Assembly: GCA_037381445.1 (NCBI GenBank)
Contig: JARRQT010000100.1
Location: forward strand, 1-28,852
DNA length: 28,852 bases
Source of the DNA: Calditrichia bacterium
GTDB lineage: Bacteria; Calditrichota; Calditrichia; RBG-13-44-9
Direction: 5' to 3'
In this document: positions 9,124 through 18,538 of the stretch, piece by piece
Position numbering within the stretch: position 1 is the first letter of the stretch
Layout: each line of letters begins with the position of its first letter
Notes under the pieces: generated by a model
Told to the model about the DNA's origin: nothing
Databases searched by the model: none
Seen by the model: the letters and a program-made list of their open reading frames with translations, nothing else
Translations under genes and position numbers: made by a program

Positions 9124-10767
9124 CTAATCCCGGTATTCTCCGAATACATTACGGAGCACATTGGAGATCTCGCCGATCGTGGCATAGCGCTCCACGGCCT
9201 CAATGATGAAGGGCATCAGATTATCGCTGCTTTTGGCCGCTTTTTCCAGCCTGCCCAGAGAATCCTCCACCGATTGAGCGTCCCTGCTGTTTCGCAGCGC
9301 CCGCACCGATTGAATCTGCCGCGCCACAGCTTGTTCATCGATGTGCAGAATTTCCTGGGGGAGTTCATTTTCGATGGCGAAATCGTTGACGCCCACGATG
9401 ATCTGCTCATTCCGCTCCACTTTCTGCTGATATTCATAGGCGCTGCGTGCGATTTCGTTCTGGAAATACTTGTTTTTCACCGCCTGAACCGCGCCGCCCA
9501 TCTGATCGATTTTTTCGATATATTCAAAAGCTTTCTGTTCAATCTGGTCCGTAAGGTTTTCGACGAAATAGGAGCCCGCCAGGGGATCGATGGAATCGGC
9601 AACACCGCTTTCATGGGCAATAATCTGCTGGGTGCGGATGGCGATGCGCGCGGAATCCTCGGTCGGCAAGCTCAGCGCCTCATCGCGGGAGTTGGTGTGC
9701 AGGGATTGGGTTCCGCCCAGCACCGCAGCCAGCGCCTGCAGCGTAGTGCGGATAATATTATTGTCGGGCTGCTGCGCGGTGAGCGTGCTGCCGGCGGTCT
9801 GGGTATGGAAACGAAGCATCATGCTTTTGGGATTCCTGGCATGGAATCTCTCTTTCATGATTTTTGCCCACATCCTACGCGCGGCGCGGAACTTGGCAAC
9901 CTCTTCCAGCAAATTGTTGTGGCTGTTGAAGAAAAATGACAAACGGCCCGCGAAATCATCCACATTCAACCCGGAATCGATAGCGGCCTGCACGTAGGCA
10001 ATGGCATCGGCAAAGGTGAAGGCAACTTCCTGTACAGCGGTTGAACCGGCTTCGCGAATGTGATATCCGCTGATGGAAATCGTGTTCCAGCGGGGCAGGT
10101 TCTCGTTGCAGTATTTAAAGATGTCCGTTATGATCCGCATGGACGGCTCGGGCGGGAAAATGTAGGTCCCGCGGGCAATATATTCCTTGAGAAGATCGTT
10201 CTGGATGGTTCCGGAAATTTTCTTCAGGTCCGCGCCCTGCTTTTTGGCGATGGCGATATACATGGCCAGGAGAATGCCCGCCGTGGCGTTGATGGTCATG
10301 GAGGTGGAGACTTTTTCCAGGGGGATTTGATCGAACAGAATTTCCATATCTTTCAGCGAATCGATGGCCACGCCAACCTTGCCCACTTCCCCTTCGGACA
10401 TGGGATCATCGGAATCGTATCCAATCTGGGTGGGCAGATCGAACGCTACCGAGAGACCGGTGCCGCCGCTCTGCAGCAGATAGCGGTACCGCTTGTTGGA
10501 CTCTTCCGCAGTCGCGAATCCGGCATACTGCCGCATGGTCCAGAATCGCCCGCGGTACATGGTGGGCTGGACGCCGCGCGTGAACGGAAATTCTCCCGGA
10601 AAACCCAATTTATCGTTATAATCAAATTCCGGGTCAGGGGTATAAATGCGCCTGACCTCTATCTTGGAATCGGTTTCAAATTGCTCTTTGCGCTCGGGAA
10701 ACCTGGACAGCGTTTTATTCAGGCTGCCTTCCTCCCATTTTTTCCTGCTTTCTTCTATTGAAGCCAT
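9124..10767 (-). CDS. Methylmalonyl-CoA mutase, large (substrate-binding) subunit; no B12-binding domain
   Basis: [71 protein letters not shown]. Tyr in RQYAG and Arg in IARG are the MCM-type rather than ICM-type residues. No DxHxxG motif. Confidence 0.93.
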   Translation of the reverse strand: MASIEESRKKWEEGSLNKTLSRFPERKEQFETDSKIEVRRIYTPDPEFDYNDKLGFPGEFPFTRGVQPTMYRGRFWTMRQYAGFATAEESNKRYRYLLQSGGTGLSVAFDLPTQIGYDSDDPMSEGEVGKVGVAIDSLKDMEILFDQIPLEKVSTSMTINATAGILLAMYIAIAKKQGADLKKISGTIQNDLLKEYIARGTYIFPPEPSMRIITDIFKYCNENLPRWNTISISGYHIREAGSTAVQEVAFTFADAIAYVQAAIDSGLNVDDFAGRLSFFFNSHNNLLEEVAKFRAARRMWAKIMKERFHARNPKSMMLRFHTQTAGSTLTAQQPDNNIIRTTLQALAAVLGGTQSLHTNSRDEALSLPTEDSARIAIRTQQIIAHESGVADSIDPLAGSYFVENLTDQIEQKAFEYIEKIDQMGGAVQAVKNKYFQNEIARSAYEYQQKVERNEQIIVGVNDFAIENELPQEILHIDEQAVARQIQSVRALRNSRDAQSVEDSLGRLEKAAKSSDNLMPFIIEAVERYATIGEISNVLRNVFGEYRD

Positions 10768-11017
10768 CTGATAATTCCTCCGTAAATTTTAGCAGACCTG
10801 AATATAAACAGAGAGATTTTTTTATCAAATTGAAATAAAATTTTGTGAAATAATCTACAAATGGAATTCGGATATAATTTTTTGAGATATATAAGGAAAG
10901 AGATGGAAAGGATTGGAGAAATTTAAAAAGGGATATTCACACGAAATTGTGCCGCGGGGCATGTCATCCGCTGCACCCTGCACAGGTCCCCAAATTTTCA
11001 GGAGGATTTCGCTTTGC

Positions 11018-11051
11018 AAAAAACGGGATTTCTCGCGGGAAGTCCCGTTTT
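11018..11051. terminator. Hairpin with A/T tails, probably a bidirectional terminator, after the repeat-protein gene
   Basis: AAAAAACGGGATTTCTCGCGGGAAGTCCCGTTTT. Confidence 0.6.
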
Positions 11052-11094
11052 CAATTGAGGTGACTAATGACATCCCGCGCAGCGAAAAAAGAAT

Positions 11095-12597
11095 CTACAG
11101 CGCCTGTGCCGCCCTGTTAATTACTGCATCCCGCGCCCCGCTGGCTGCGATTCGGCTGTTTGCCATTTTTACGATTTGCAGCAGCACCTCTTTGCTGAGG
11201 CCCTCCCTGTCAAGTATGCTGAGAAACACCCTTTCCTGTTCCGAGGAGGAATTTATTTCGGAAGCGGATTTCAGGAGCGCCAGCATCACACTGTCTGATA
11301 CCGGACAGGTAGTTGCCGTTTTTTCCAGGACCCTCCCCTGCTCACCGCTGGAGGCAATGGTCAATGCGCTTTCTGCAATCCGGATATAGGATGCGTCCGA
11401 TAAATCCTTCTTATCCAGCAGAATGGATATTGCCGAGGCTTTTTCCTGTGACGAGTTGATCGCTTCCGCAGATTTCAGGTATGACCGGATAACAGAATCA
11501 TCGGACGGCAGAGCGATGGACATGGCCCGCAGGACACGGCCCTGTTCGGAACTGGAAGCGATGGTTGCCGGCGCCATGGCAATTTTACGCCAGGATTCAA
11601 CACTCAAATTCTCCCTGGAAATTAATGAGAGCAGCGCGCCTGCCTGGTTGGCGGACGAACTGATGGACCTGGCAGCCTGCAGATAGGCGTCGATCGCCTC
11701 ATCATTTGCGGGAAAGAGATCAGCCACGCTGCTCAATGCCTGCTGCTTGTTGCTGCTCGAGGCTATTGTTTTGATTGAATTCGCCAGAATAACCGCATTT
11801 TCCACATTAATTTTTCTGAGCCTGGCGATCTTTATCAAAGCTTCCTTCTTCCTACTGCTGGAGGCAATCTCTTCTGCACTGCGCAGGAGTTCCCCGGTAA
11901 GCACCGGCGAGGGAGGAAGCTGCACAGCAAGCTGGCCCAGAAGATCGCCCAGCGTCTGGCTGCCATCGACCTCCCGACCGGCCTGCCGGATAAGAACCTG
12001 AAGATCGGTAATATTTAAATTCCCGGAGTCCGCAATCATGATATAATAAAATTTTTTGGCGGTATTGCTTTCAATTTCCGCAACCAGTCTCAGGGCCTGC
12101 GCCGTATTTCCCGCCAGAAGCGACTCATTGATTCGCGGCCACAGATTGATGCCTGCCCGGCGGCTCACCTCCGGCATGATACCGGCCAGCCAGTCCTTTG
12201 CATGCTCATTGAATTTTCCTGCCCTTCCTTCAAAATAAAAGCGATATTCCGGTTTCCCGTCCGGCCCCGGAACGACCTCCAGCCGGCGGGTGCGGAACCA
12301 GCGCCGCTCTTTTACTGAAAAATATCCGTCGGGGGAAATGGCAGCGATCTCACGGTTATCCCGGCTGAAACGAATGGTCCCTCTTTGGGTGATCTCCAGG
12401 CTCCGTATGCCGGTATTGGTAATAAAGTGGATTTCATTTTCAGACGCCGGATTTTCAGACTGCTGCGGCCCGGTCGTCACAGAGTCCGCCGCCGCGCCGG
12501 CATGCAGGGCCGAACCTGCCGCGGCCACGCCATATACCGGAAAAATCTCGCATAAAAATACCGCAAAAATGATGATATGCTGAAGTTTCTTTCCCAT
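11095..12597 (-). CDS. Exported protein of unknown function with about 10 tandem 34-aa helical repeats
   Basis: ATG at 12597 with a GGAG RBS. MGKKLQHIIIFAVFLCEIFPVYGVAAA is signal-like. A beta-rich N-domain is followed by I(A/N/S)SS-anchored repeats spaced 34 aa apart. Confidence 0.8.
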   Translation of the reverse strand: MGKKLQHIIIFAVFLCEIFPVYGVAAAGSALHAGAAADSVTTGPQQSENPASENEIHFITNTGIRSLEITQRGTIRFSRDNREIAAISPDGYFSVKERRWFRTRRLEVVPGPDGKPEYRFYFEGRAGKFNEHAKDWLAGIMPEVSRRAGINLWPRINESLLAGNTAQALRLVAEIESNTAKKFYYIMIADSGNLNITDLQVLIRQAGREVDGSQTLGDLLGQLAVQLPPSPVLTGELLRSAEEIASSSRKKEALIKIARLRKINVENAVILANSIKTIASSSNKQQALSSVADLFPANDEAIDAYLQAARSISSSANQAGALLSLISRENLSVESWRKIAMAPATIASSSEQGRVLRAMSIALPSDDSVIRSYLKSAEAINSSQEKASAISILLDKKDLSDASYIRIAESALTIASSGEQGRVLEKTATTCPVSDSVMLALLKSASEINSSSEQERVFLSILDREGLSKEVLLQIVKMANSRIAASGARDAVINRAAQAL

Positions 12598-12709
12598 CTG
12601 TTTTCTCCCGGTTTGTGGGATAATGGTTAAATCATCCTGAATCTTAAATGCCCGGCGATTCACATGAAAAAATAGAACAGGCACATAATCGTTGATTCGC
12701 ACCACACAA

Positions 12710-12738
12710 TCAGACAGAACAAATCACAAAATGTTTCA
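12710..12738 (-). promoter_or_regulatory. Possible ECF-sigma promoter for the repeat-protein gene
   Basis: Minus strand TGAAAC-N16-TGTCTGA, resembling SigW/SigE-type ECF promoters. Confidence 0.35.
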
Positions 12739-12811
12739 GCCTGACAGTGAGCCATAGCAAAATATTTTAGGGAATTGGATTGCCGTAACGGCAAACAAGA
12801 GAGGCCAAAAC

Positions 12812-12838
12812 AAAGAAAGGGAGCCTCTCTCCCTTTCT
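12812..12838 (-). terminator. Intrinsic terminator immediately 3' of tRNA-Arg
   Basis: Minus strand AGAAAGGGAG-AGAGG-CTCCCTTTCT followed by TTGTTTT. Confidence 0.75.
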
Positions 12839-12841
12839 CTC

Positions 12842-12918
12842 TGGTGCGCCTGCCAGGAGTCGAACCCGGAACCTCCTGATCCGTAGTCAGGCGTTCTATC
12901 CAATTGAACTACAGGCGC
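12842..12918 (-). tRNA. tRNA-Arg (anticodon ACG), CCA encoded
   Basis: Reverse complement GCGCCTGTAGTTCAATTGGATAGAACGCCTGACTACGGATCAGGAGGTTCCGGGTTCGACTCCTGGCAGGCGCACCA (77 nt): acceptor stem GCGCCTG/CAGGCGC, anticodon loop CTACGGA, TTCGA T-loop. Confidence 0.98.
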
Positions 12919-12944
12919 AAACACTTTCTCTAACAGCGGCGCTA

Positions 12945-12973
12945 AATTTAATGGACGTTCCCCCTTAAATCAA
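12945..12973 (-). promoter_or_regulatory. Sigma70-type tRNA promoter with a GC-rich discriminator
   Basis: Minus strand TTGATT-N17-TAAATT followed by TAGCGCCGC. Confidence 0.55.
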
Positions 12974-12979
12974 CCACTT

Positions 12980-13561
12980 TTATTTTTTATAACCGTTAAA
13001 AAACAGGATATCTTCCAGGCTTCTCTTTCCCTTTATTTTCGCCTGATTCCCGGCCGGGTATCCCAGGGCCAGCAGGGCGGCCAGCTTCCATTTACCGGGC
13101 GCATTCAGGGCCCTGGCCCCCTTCGCCGCATCGAACCAGCCGATCCAGCAGCTTCCCAGCCCCAGCTCCCGGGCCTGCAAAACAATATGTTCGCCCGCAA
13201 TCCCGATATCGATCAGATAATAGTTGGTCCCCTGGATCTGTTTTCCCAGGCGGTTGGCAATCCAGTCCAGTTCGGCAAAAATGGCGACGATGACCGGGGC
13301 CTGCGCCGCCCAGCGGGAAAAACGGTAAAGCCCCGAGAAGGCGCTCGCCCCGAAATTTTCTATGGCATCCGGTTCATCCAGCACCACAAACCGCCAGGGC
13401 TGAACATTTTCCGCAGAGGGCGCCAGGCGGGCCGCCTCGATACAGGCGACGATCTTTTCCCGCTCCACCGTGTCCGGCAGAAATTTTCTGACACTGTGCC
13501 GGTTTCTGACCAGTTCCGAGAAATTACCGGTCGTTGGCGAATTTTCAGTTTCGATTTTCAT
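12980..13561 (-). CDS. Nitroreductase family flavoprotein
   Basis: RHSVRKF, ARLAPSAENVQPWRFVV, DIGIAGEHIVLQARELGLGSCWIG, LALGYP. Alternative TTG start at 13567. Confidence 0.93.
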   Translation of the reverse strand: MKIETENSPTTGNFSELVRNRHSVRKFLPDTVEREKIVACIEAARLAPSAENVQPWRFVVLDEPDAIENFGASAFSGLYRFSRWAAQAPVIVAIFAELDWIANRLGKQIQGTNYYLIDIGIAGEHIVLQARELGLGSCWIGWFDAAKGARALNAPGKWKLAALLALGYPAGNQAKIKGKRSLEDILFFNGYKK

Positions 13562-13830
13562 GGGCAATAATTTATGAAAAAAATGCCGGGATATAAAATG
13601 AAATTCCGGACCAGAATTATATTCCTCAATGAAAACATGAATTCAAAAGATCCGGCACAGAAAATCCCCTTATCATAACCGCTTTTTTCCCAAAAAAATT
13701 AATGAAAACTATTTTCCCATCCGGGCAACCGGAAATCGATCTCCTGCATATTATACCGGAAACCGGCAGTTGACAAATTCAGGAACAATTAATTTTGAAT
13801 TACAGTTCTAATTTTTTAATTTTGTGAAGA

Positions 13831-14382
13831 GGGTACCAGGCGGCCCTGGAGCTGCTGCGCATGAACGGCATCAGTGATGTGGAAGTGGAGGAAACCGAAG
13901 GCGTATTGAGTGATCATTACGATCCACGCGTTAAAAAGGTGAGGCTTTCTTCCTCCAACTACAACGGCACCTCGCTGGCCGCACTGGCGGTAGCCGCCCA
14001 TGAGGTGGGTCATGTGGTGCAGCACGCAAGGGGCTATTATCCCCTGCAGTTACGCCATCTGATATTGCCGGTGACCAACTTCGGTTCCTGGCTGGCCTTC
14101 CCGCTGTTTCTGATCGGCTTTTTCCTGCGCACGCCATTCCTGATGGATCTGGGAATTGTGTTTTATGCCGGCGTGGTGCTCTTCCATCTGGTGACCCTGC
14201 CGGTTGAATTCAACGCCAGCGGCAGGGCACTCGTGCAGCTGCAGTCCCACGGTTTCCTCACCGTGCAGGAAGTGGGAGGCGCAAAGAAGGTGCTGAATGC
14301 GGCCGCTTTAACCTATGTGGCCGCCACAGCCATGGCCATCATGCAGCTCATCCGGCTTCTCATTCTCAGGGGCGAAGATTAA
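13831..14382 (+). pseudogene. Membrane zinc metallopeptidase (YugP / Zn_peptidase_2-like), 5'-truncated
   Basis: LSDHYDP, AVAAHEVGHVVQH, VTLPVEFNAS, VLNAAALTYVAA. Homology continues upstream of ATG 13861 (GYQAALELLR from 13831) but meets an in-frame TGA at 13825. The usual N-terminal TM segment and start codon are absent. Confidence 0.8.
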
Positions 14383-14390
14383 AAATTGGC

Positions 14391-14432
14391 GGAAGACCAT
14401 TCCGGATCATCCCGGAGTGGTCTTCCTGTTTT
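14391..14432 (+). terminator. Intrinsic terminator
   Basis: GGAAGACCATTCCGG-ATCATC-CCGGAGTGGTCTTCC followed by TGTTTT. Confidence 0.75.
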
Positions 14433-14640
14433 CATAAAATCGAAATCCAAAACGTATTTTTGTTCAATCCATTGGCAAAATACATTGCTTTTAATCAATA
14501 TTTTTAAAAACTTTTATTCCTTTTCTTCGAATCGTATTATAAATTGATTTTGTTGATATGTGCTTCATTATTATTTAGTAAAAGTGAAGCGTCCGGTTGT
14601 CTTTATAATTTAACCTGAAATAAATAGGACTACGGTTTAT

Positions 14641-16269
14641 ATGGAATTTATCAAAAGAGTATTGGTCATAATTTCCGGAATCATCCTCATCGGGCTGGTG
14701 GCCTATGTGATTTATATTTCCCAGCGGGCACAGGAGAATCGGGAACACGCGGGGAGCCAAATCGAGCAGCCGGCCCCGCCGGCGGCACCGCCTTCCCAAA
14801 CGCCGGAGGCGGATTCGCTGGGAACGCCTTCCGAAATCGAAGGAGAACAAATCACCCCGTCAACGCCGGCAGCGCCTGAAACACTGCAGTGGCACCACCT
14901 TCCGGAGGGAGAACTTCAGAAACTGGACAAAAAATTCCCCTTCGGCAACCCCAGTTCCATTTTTGCGGAAGCCGCCAAACGAATTTTGCCTGCAGTGGTG
15001 ACCATCCAAAGCGAGATGCTGATCACCGATGTTCCGCGGGATGAAAACCATAAATTTTTCTGGGAAAAAGAGGGCGATGACAATCAGGAATTTTTCCAGC
15101 GGGGCACCGGTTCGGGCATCATCATCAGCAAAAAAGGGTATATCCTGACCAACTATCATGTTATTGAAAATGCCACCGATTTTAATGTCATCCTTTATGA
15201 CAAACGGGAATTCCACGGGAAATACATCGGCGCGGATCCCAACACGGATGTGGCGCTGGTAAAGATTGAAGGGGACGACCTGCCGGTCGCCTTCATGGGT
15301 AATTCGGACAGTATCCAGATCGGCGAGTGGGTCATGGCCGTGGGAAGCCCGCTTACGTTTACCTCCACTATCACTGCCGGCATTGTCAGCGCTCTGGGAC
15401 GTGACATCCGCATCATAGATCAGCAGTACGGGGTGGAAAATTTCATTCAGACCGACGCCGTCATCAATCCCGGCAACAGCGGGGGTGCGCTGGTTAACCT
15501 GAGAGGTGAAGTTATCGGAATCAACACCGCCATCGCGACCCGCACCGGTCTCTACCAGGGCTACGGTTTCGCCATTCCCAGCAATCTGGCCATGAAAGTG
15601 GTGGACGATTTGCTTGAATTCGGAGAAGTGCGAAGAGGCCTGCTCGGCGTCACCATCAGTGCGGTGGACAGCCGGGTTGCCAAGGGTGTTGGTCTGCCAC
15701 TTCCCAAAGGGGTTCTGGTGCAGGGACTCCAGCCGGGACTTCCCGCTGAAAAAGCGGGCCTTCAGCCGGGCGATGTGATTCTTACCGTCAACGGAAAAGA
15801 AATCAGTTCCGTGAATGATCTTCAGATTAAAATCGCCAGCAAACATCCCGGCGACGTGGTCAATCTGCAGGTCTGGCGGAACAAGAAGAGGCTCCCCTTC
15901 CAGGTGAAGCTGGGACAGGCCCCCGTGATAAAGTCCGAAAATGAAAAAATGAAGAGCAACCATCTGAAGCCGTTCAAAAACCTGGGCCTGGTGATCCGCG
16001 ATCTCACCAAAGACGAAAAGAAAACCTACCAGACCGAAAGCGGAATATTTATCAGTGATGTCAAAACCGGTAGCCCCGCCAGCAAATCCCGGATTTTCCC
16101 CAATGCGGTTTTGCTTTCTATTAATGACGAATCCGTCAAGAGCGAAAGTGATTTCAAAAAAATTATTTTAAAATACAAAAACGGCGACAGTCTCAAGTTT
16201 CTGCTGCGCTCAATCAGCGGGCCGGGCAGCGTGCGCGACCAGATCGTCTACGTGGAAATCGGAGAATAA
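14641..16269 (+). CDS. htrA: HtrA/DegP (Do) family serine endoprotease with N-terminal membrane anchor, Pro-rich linker and two PDZ domains
   Basis: GTGSGIII, TNYHVI, TDVAL, IQTDAVINPGNSGGAL; PDZ motifs LLGV..PAEKAGLQPGDVI and LGLVI..GSPA. Confidence 0.95.
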   Translation: MEFIKRVLVIISGIILIGLVAYVIYISQRAQENREHAGSQIEQPAPPAAPPSQTPEADSLGTPSEIEGEQITPSTPAAPETLQWHHLPEGELQKLDKKFPFGNPSSIFAEAAKRILPAVVTIQSEMLITDVPRDENHKFFWEKEGDDNQEFFQRGTGSGIIISKKGYILTNYHVIENATDFNVILYDKREFHGKYIGADPNTDVALVKIEGDDLPVAFMGNSDSIQIGEWVMAVGSPLTFTSTITAGIVSALGRDIRIIDQQYGVENFIQTDAVINPGNSGGALVNLRGEVIGINTAIATRTGLYQGYGFAIPSNLAMKVVDDLLEFGEVRRGLLGVTISAVDSRVAKGVGLPLPKGVLVQGLQPGLPAEKAGLQPGDVILTVNGKEISSVNDLQIKIASKHPGDVVNLQVWRNKKRLPFQVKLGQAPVIKSENEKMKSNHLKPFKNLGLVIRDLTKDEKKTYQTESGIFISDVKTGSPASKSRIFPNAVLLSINDESVKSESDFKKIILKYKNGDSLKFLLRSISGPGSVRDQIVYVEIGE

Positions 16270-16310
16270 CTGATAAACCGGCCGCATTAGAGATTATCCA
16301 ATTTTGTTTG

Positions 16311-16354
16311 ATAGCCACTGAAGAGAGTCCTGCAGGATTCTTTTCAGTGGCTAT
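16311..16354 (+). terminator. Long 20-bp hairpin downstream of htrA (terminator or mRNA-stabilising stem)
   Basis: ATAGCCACTGAAGAGAGTCC-TGCA-GGATTCTTTTCAGTGGCTAT, with two G-U pairs on the + strand and no U-tract after the stem. Confidence 0.55.
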
Positions 16355-16523
16355 TCTGCATGCAATTCACGAAATCGCCGCAAATTAGCGCAGGGAGAAA
16401 CCGCCCGGTTTTTCCAAAAAAGAACTTCGTATTTCCTCATATTCCAATTAAATTTATGGCTCGAAATAATGATGTTTTTGGCGGACCAAAAGAAATTTTT
16501 ACTGCAAAAAGGATCAATATCAT

Positions 16524-17264
16524 TTGAAAAAATCTGCTGACCACCCGGCCGAAAATATGACGGTTTTGATCACTGCCGCCGGACGCGGCACCCGGTTTGG
16601 GGGAGATATTAACAAACAGTTCACCGTGCTCGCCGGAAGGCCCATTCTCGCCTGGACCATCGAGGCTTTTCACCGGCTCGACTGGATTGAGAACATCCTG
16701 CTGGTGGTCCCGGAGGACTGGCTGGAATTCGTTGCCGTTGATATTGTCGATAAATTCCGGTTCGAAAAGATCTGCAAAATTATTGCCGGCGGAAAGGAAC
16801 GGCAGGATTCGGTTTACGCCGGGCTGCAGGCGCTGGAGCCGTCCTGTGAGTGGGTGATGATTCACGATGGGGTCCGTCTGTTTATCCGCGAGAAAACAGT
16901 CCGGGCCGTCTTCGAGGAAGCATTGAAAAATGATGCCGCCATCGTCGGATTCCCGTCCCGAGACACCATCAAAAGGGCCGGGGATTCAGCAGTGACCGGC
17001 ACCGAGGACCGGCGGCATCTGTGGCTGGTCCAGACCCCGCAGGTCTTCCGGCTATCGCTCATCAGAGAGGCGTATCAAAAAGCCATTCGCGACCGCCTAT
17101 TGCAAACTGATGACGCCGGACTGGTGGAACATCTTGGCAGGTCGGTCAAACTGGTTGAGGGCGATTATTTCAATATTAAAATCACCACACCGGAAGATAT
17201 CCGGGCTGCCGAAAAACTTTTACCTTTATATTTTCAAAATCCGGGAACAACTTCCCCAAAATGA
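16524..17264 (+). CDS. ispD: 2-C-methyl-D-erythritol 4-phosphate cytidylyltransferase
   Basis: AAGRGTRFG..KQF, GGKERQDSV, IHDGVR, VQTPQVF, TDDA, NIKITTPED. Alternative ATG start at 16557. Confidence 0.96.
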   Translation: MKKSADHPAENMTVLITAAGRGTRFGGDINKQFTVLAGRPILAWTIEAFHRLDWIENILLVVPEDWLEFVAVDIVDKFRFEKICKIIAGGKERQDSVYAGLQALEPSCEWVMIHDGVRLFIREKTVRAVFEEALKNDAAIVGFPSRDTIKRAGDSAVTGTEDRRHLWLVQTPQVFRLSLIREAYQKAIRDRLLQTDDAGLVEHLGRSVKLVEGDYFNIKITTPEDIRAAEKLLPLYFQNPGTTSPK

Positions 17265-17297
17265 ACTAAGCATTTATACAGATAAAAGAAGGTTAAA

Positions 17298-17780
17298 ATG
17301 CGCTTTGGAATCGGATTCGATGTTCATGCTTTTTCGCCCGACCGGAAACTGATCCTGGGCGGAGTGGAAATCCCCTTTGAAAAAGGTCTGGAGGGGCACT
17401 CCGACGCGGATGTTCTTCTCCATGCAATTATCGATGCCCTGCTGGGTTCGCTGGCGCTGGGTGACATCGGCCGGCATTTTCCGGACACCGACCTTCAGTA
17501 TAAGGGAATTGCCTCCACCGTTTTGCTGGAAAAAACCTGTGATTTGATATGGAAGGAAGGTTTCGAGATCAACAATATTGATTGTGTGGTGACCATGCAG
17601 CGGCCGAAAATCAGCAAATTCATTCCGCAGATGCGGGATAAAATCGCCGGAATATGCTGGTGCGATGCGTCCCGGATTTCCATCAAGGCAACCACCACCG
17701 AAAAATTGGGATTTGTGGGACGCGAGGAAGGCGTGGCGGTCATGGCGATTGCCAGTGTGCGGGAAGGCAAGCGAAAATAG
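17298..17780 (+). CDS. ispF: 2-C-methyl-D-erythritol 2,4-cyclodiphosphate synthase
   Basis: GIGFDVHAF, GHSDADVLLHAIIDALLG, GDIGRHFPDTD, KATTTEKLGFVGREEG. Confidence 0.98.
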   Translation: MRFGIGFDVHAFSPDRKLILGGVEIPFEKGLEGHSDADVLLHAIIDALLGSLALGDIGRHFPDTDLQYKGIASTVLLEKTCDLIWKEGFEINNIDCVVTMQRPKISKFIPQMRDKIAGICWCDASRISIKATTTEKLGFVGREEGVAVMAIASVREGKRK

Positions 17781-18419
17781 ATGGATGCAATTATTCAGCA
17801 ACTGCTTCAATTGGGGCCTGTCTGGGCTTATTTCCTGCTGTTTGTGAGCGCCTTCGTGGAAAATGTTTTTCCGCCCATCCCCGGCGATACCGTCACCGTG
17901 CTGGGTGCGTATCTGGTCGGACGTAAAATCCTCAGTTTCTGGGGCGTCTACGCCGCCACTACCGCTGGCAGCATTCTGGGCTTCATGACCATATTCGGCG
18001 TCGCCTACTGGCTGGAATGGAAATTCATCGAGCGTTATAATCCCAAATGGATTGCCCGCAGCCACATCGACCGGGTTGAGAAATGGTTTCGGAAATACGG
18101 CTATTGGATTGTTTTGTTTAACCGCTTCCTTTCCGGGACCCGCTCGGTAGTCTCGATCGTTGCCGGTCTCTCCAAAATGAAACCAGTGTTCGTTTTCATC
18201 CTCGCGCTGATCAGCGGCGCCATATGGAACGGGATCCTGATCTACCTGGGGGCGACCATCGGCAAGAACTGGGAAGAAATTATCCAAATTGTAAAACTAT
18301 ATAACCGCGTCATTATCATTGCCACCATCGTTGTCATCGCCGCCCTTCTGGCGACATGGTTCATCAAAAAGAGACAGCGGCAGAATAAACCGGCGGACGC
18401 TGAAAATCATATTCAATAA
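17781..18419 (+). CDS. DedA family membrane protein
   Basis: ENVFPPIPGD, GSILG, WFRKYG..VLFNRFLSGTRSVVS..AG..KM. Start codon abuts the ispF stop. Confidence 0.92.
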   Translation: MDAIIQQLLQLGPVWAYFLLFVSAFVENVFPPIPGDTVTVLGAYLVGRKILSFWGVYAATTAGSILGFMTIFGVAYWLEWKFIERYNPKWIARSHIDRVEKWFRKYGYWIVLFNRFLSGTRSVVSIVAGLSKMKPVFVFILALISGAIWNGILIYLGATIGKNWEEIIQIVKLYNRVIIIATIVVIAALLATWFIKKRQRQNKPADAENHIQ

Positions 18420-18509
18420 ACAAAAACCGGTATGCGGGTTTGTTCCGCAATTCCCCTTTTCCGCAGAATCACGCCTGCTTTTGAGCGGAACTATTTTTCA
18501 ACATAATAC

Positions 18510-18538
18510 TTGAATCACCTGCTGGTTATTTGTAATAT
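18510..18538 (+). promoter_or_regulatory. Sigma70-type promoter upstream of the glnS leader
   Basis: TTGAAT-N17-TAATAT. Confidence 0.55.

Noticed and set aside
10768..11094. Cobalamin or c-di-GMP riboswitch upstream of the B12-dependent mutase
   Set aside because: No B12-box or GCCACUG/GGGAAG elements on the - strand; only an isolated GCAAAGC, without the rest of the c-di-GMP-I consensus
10850..12918. Genomic island integrated at tRNA-Arg
   Set aside because: No integrase and no duplicated tRNA 3' end (att repeat) seen, and the native terminator directly follows the tRNA
12736..12924. 62-aa ORF MFAPVVQLDRTPDYGSGG..
   Set aside because: It is the translation of the tRNA-Arg gene
16850..16890. 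IspD motif HDGVRLF instead of HDGxRP
   Set aside because: A single substitution with all other motifs intact is not enough to infer altered function
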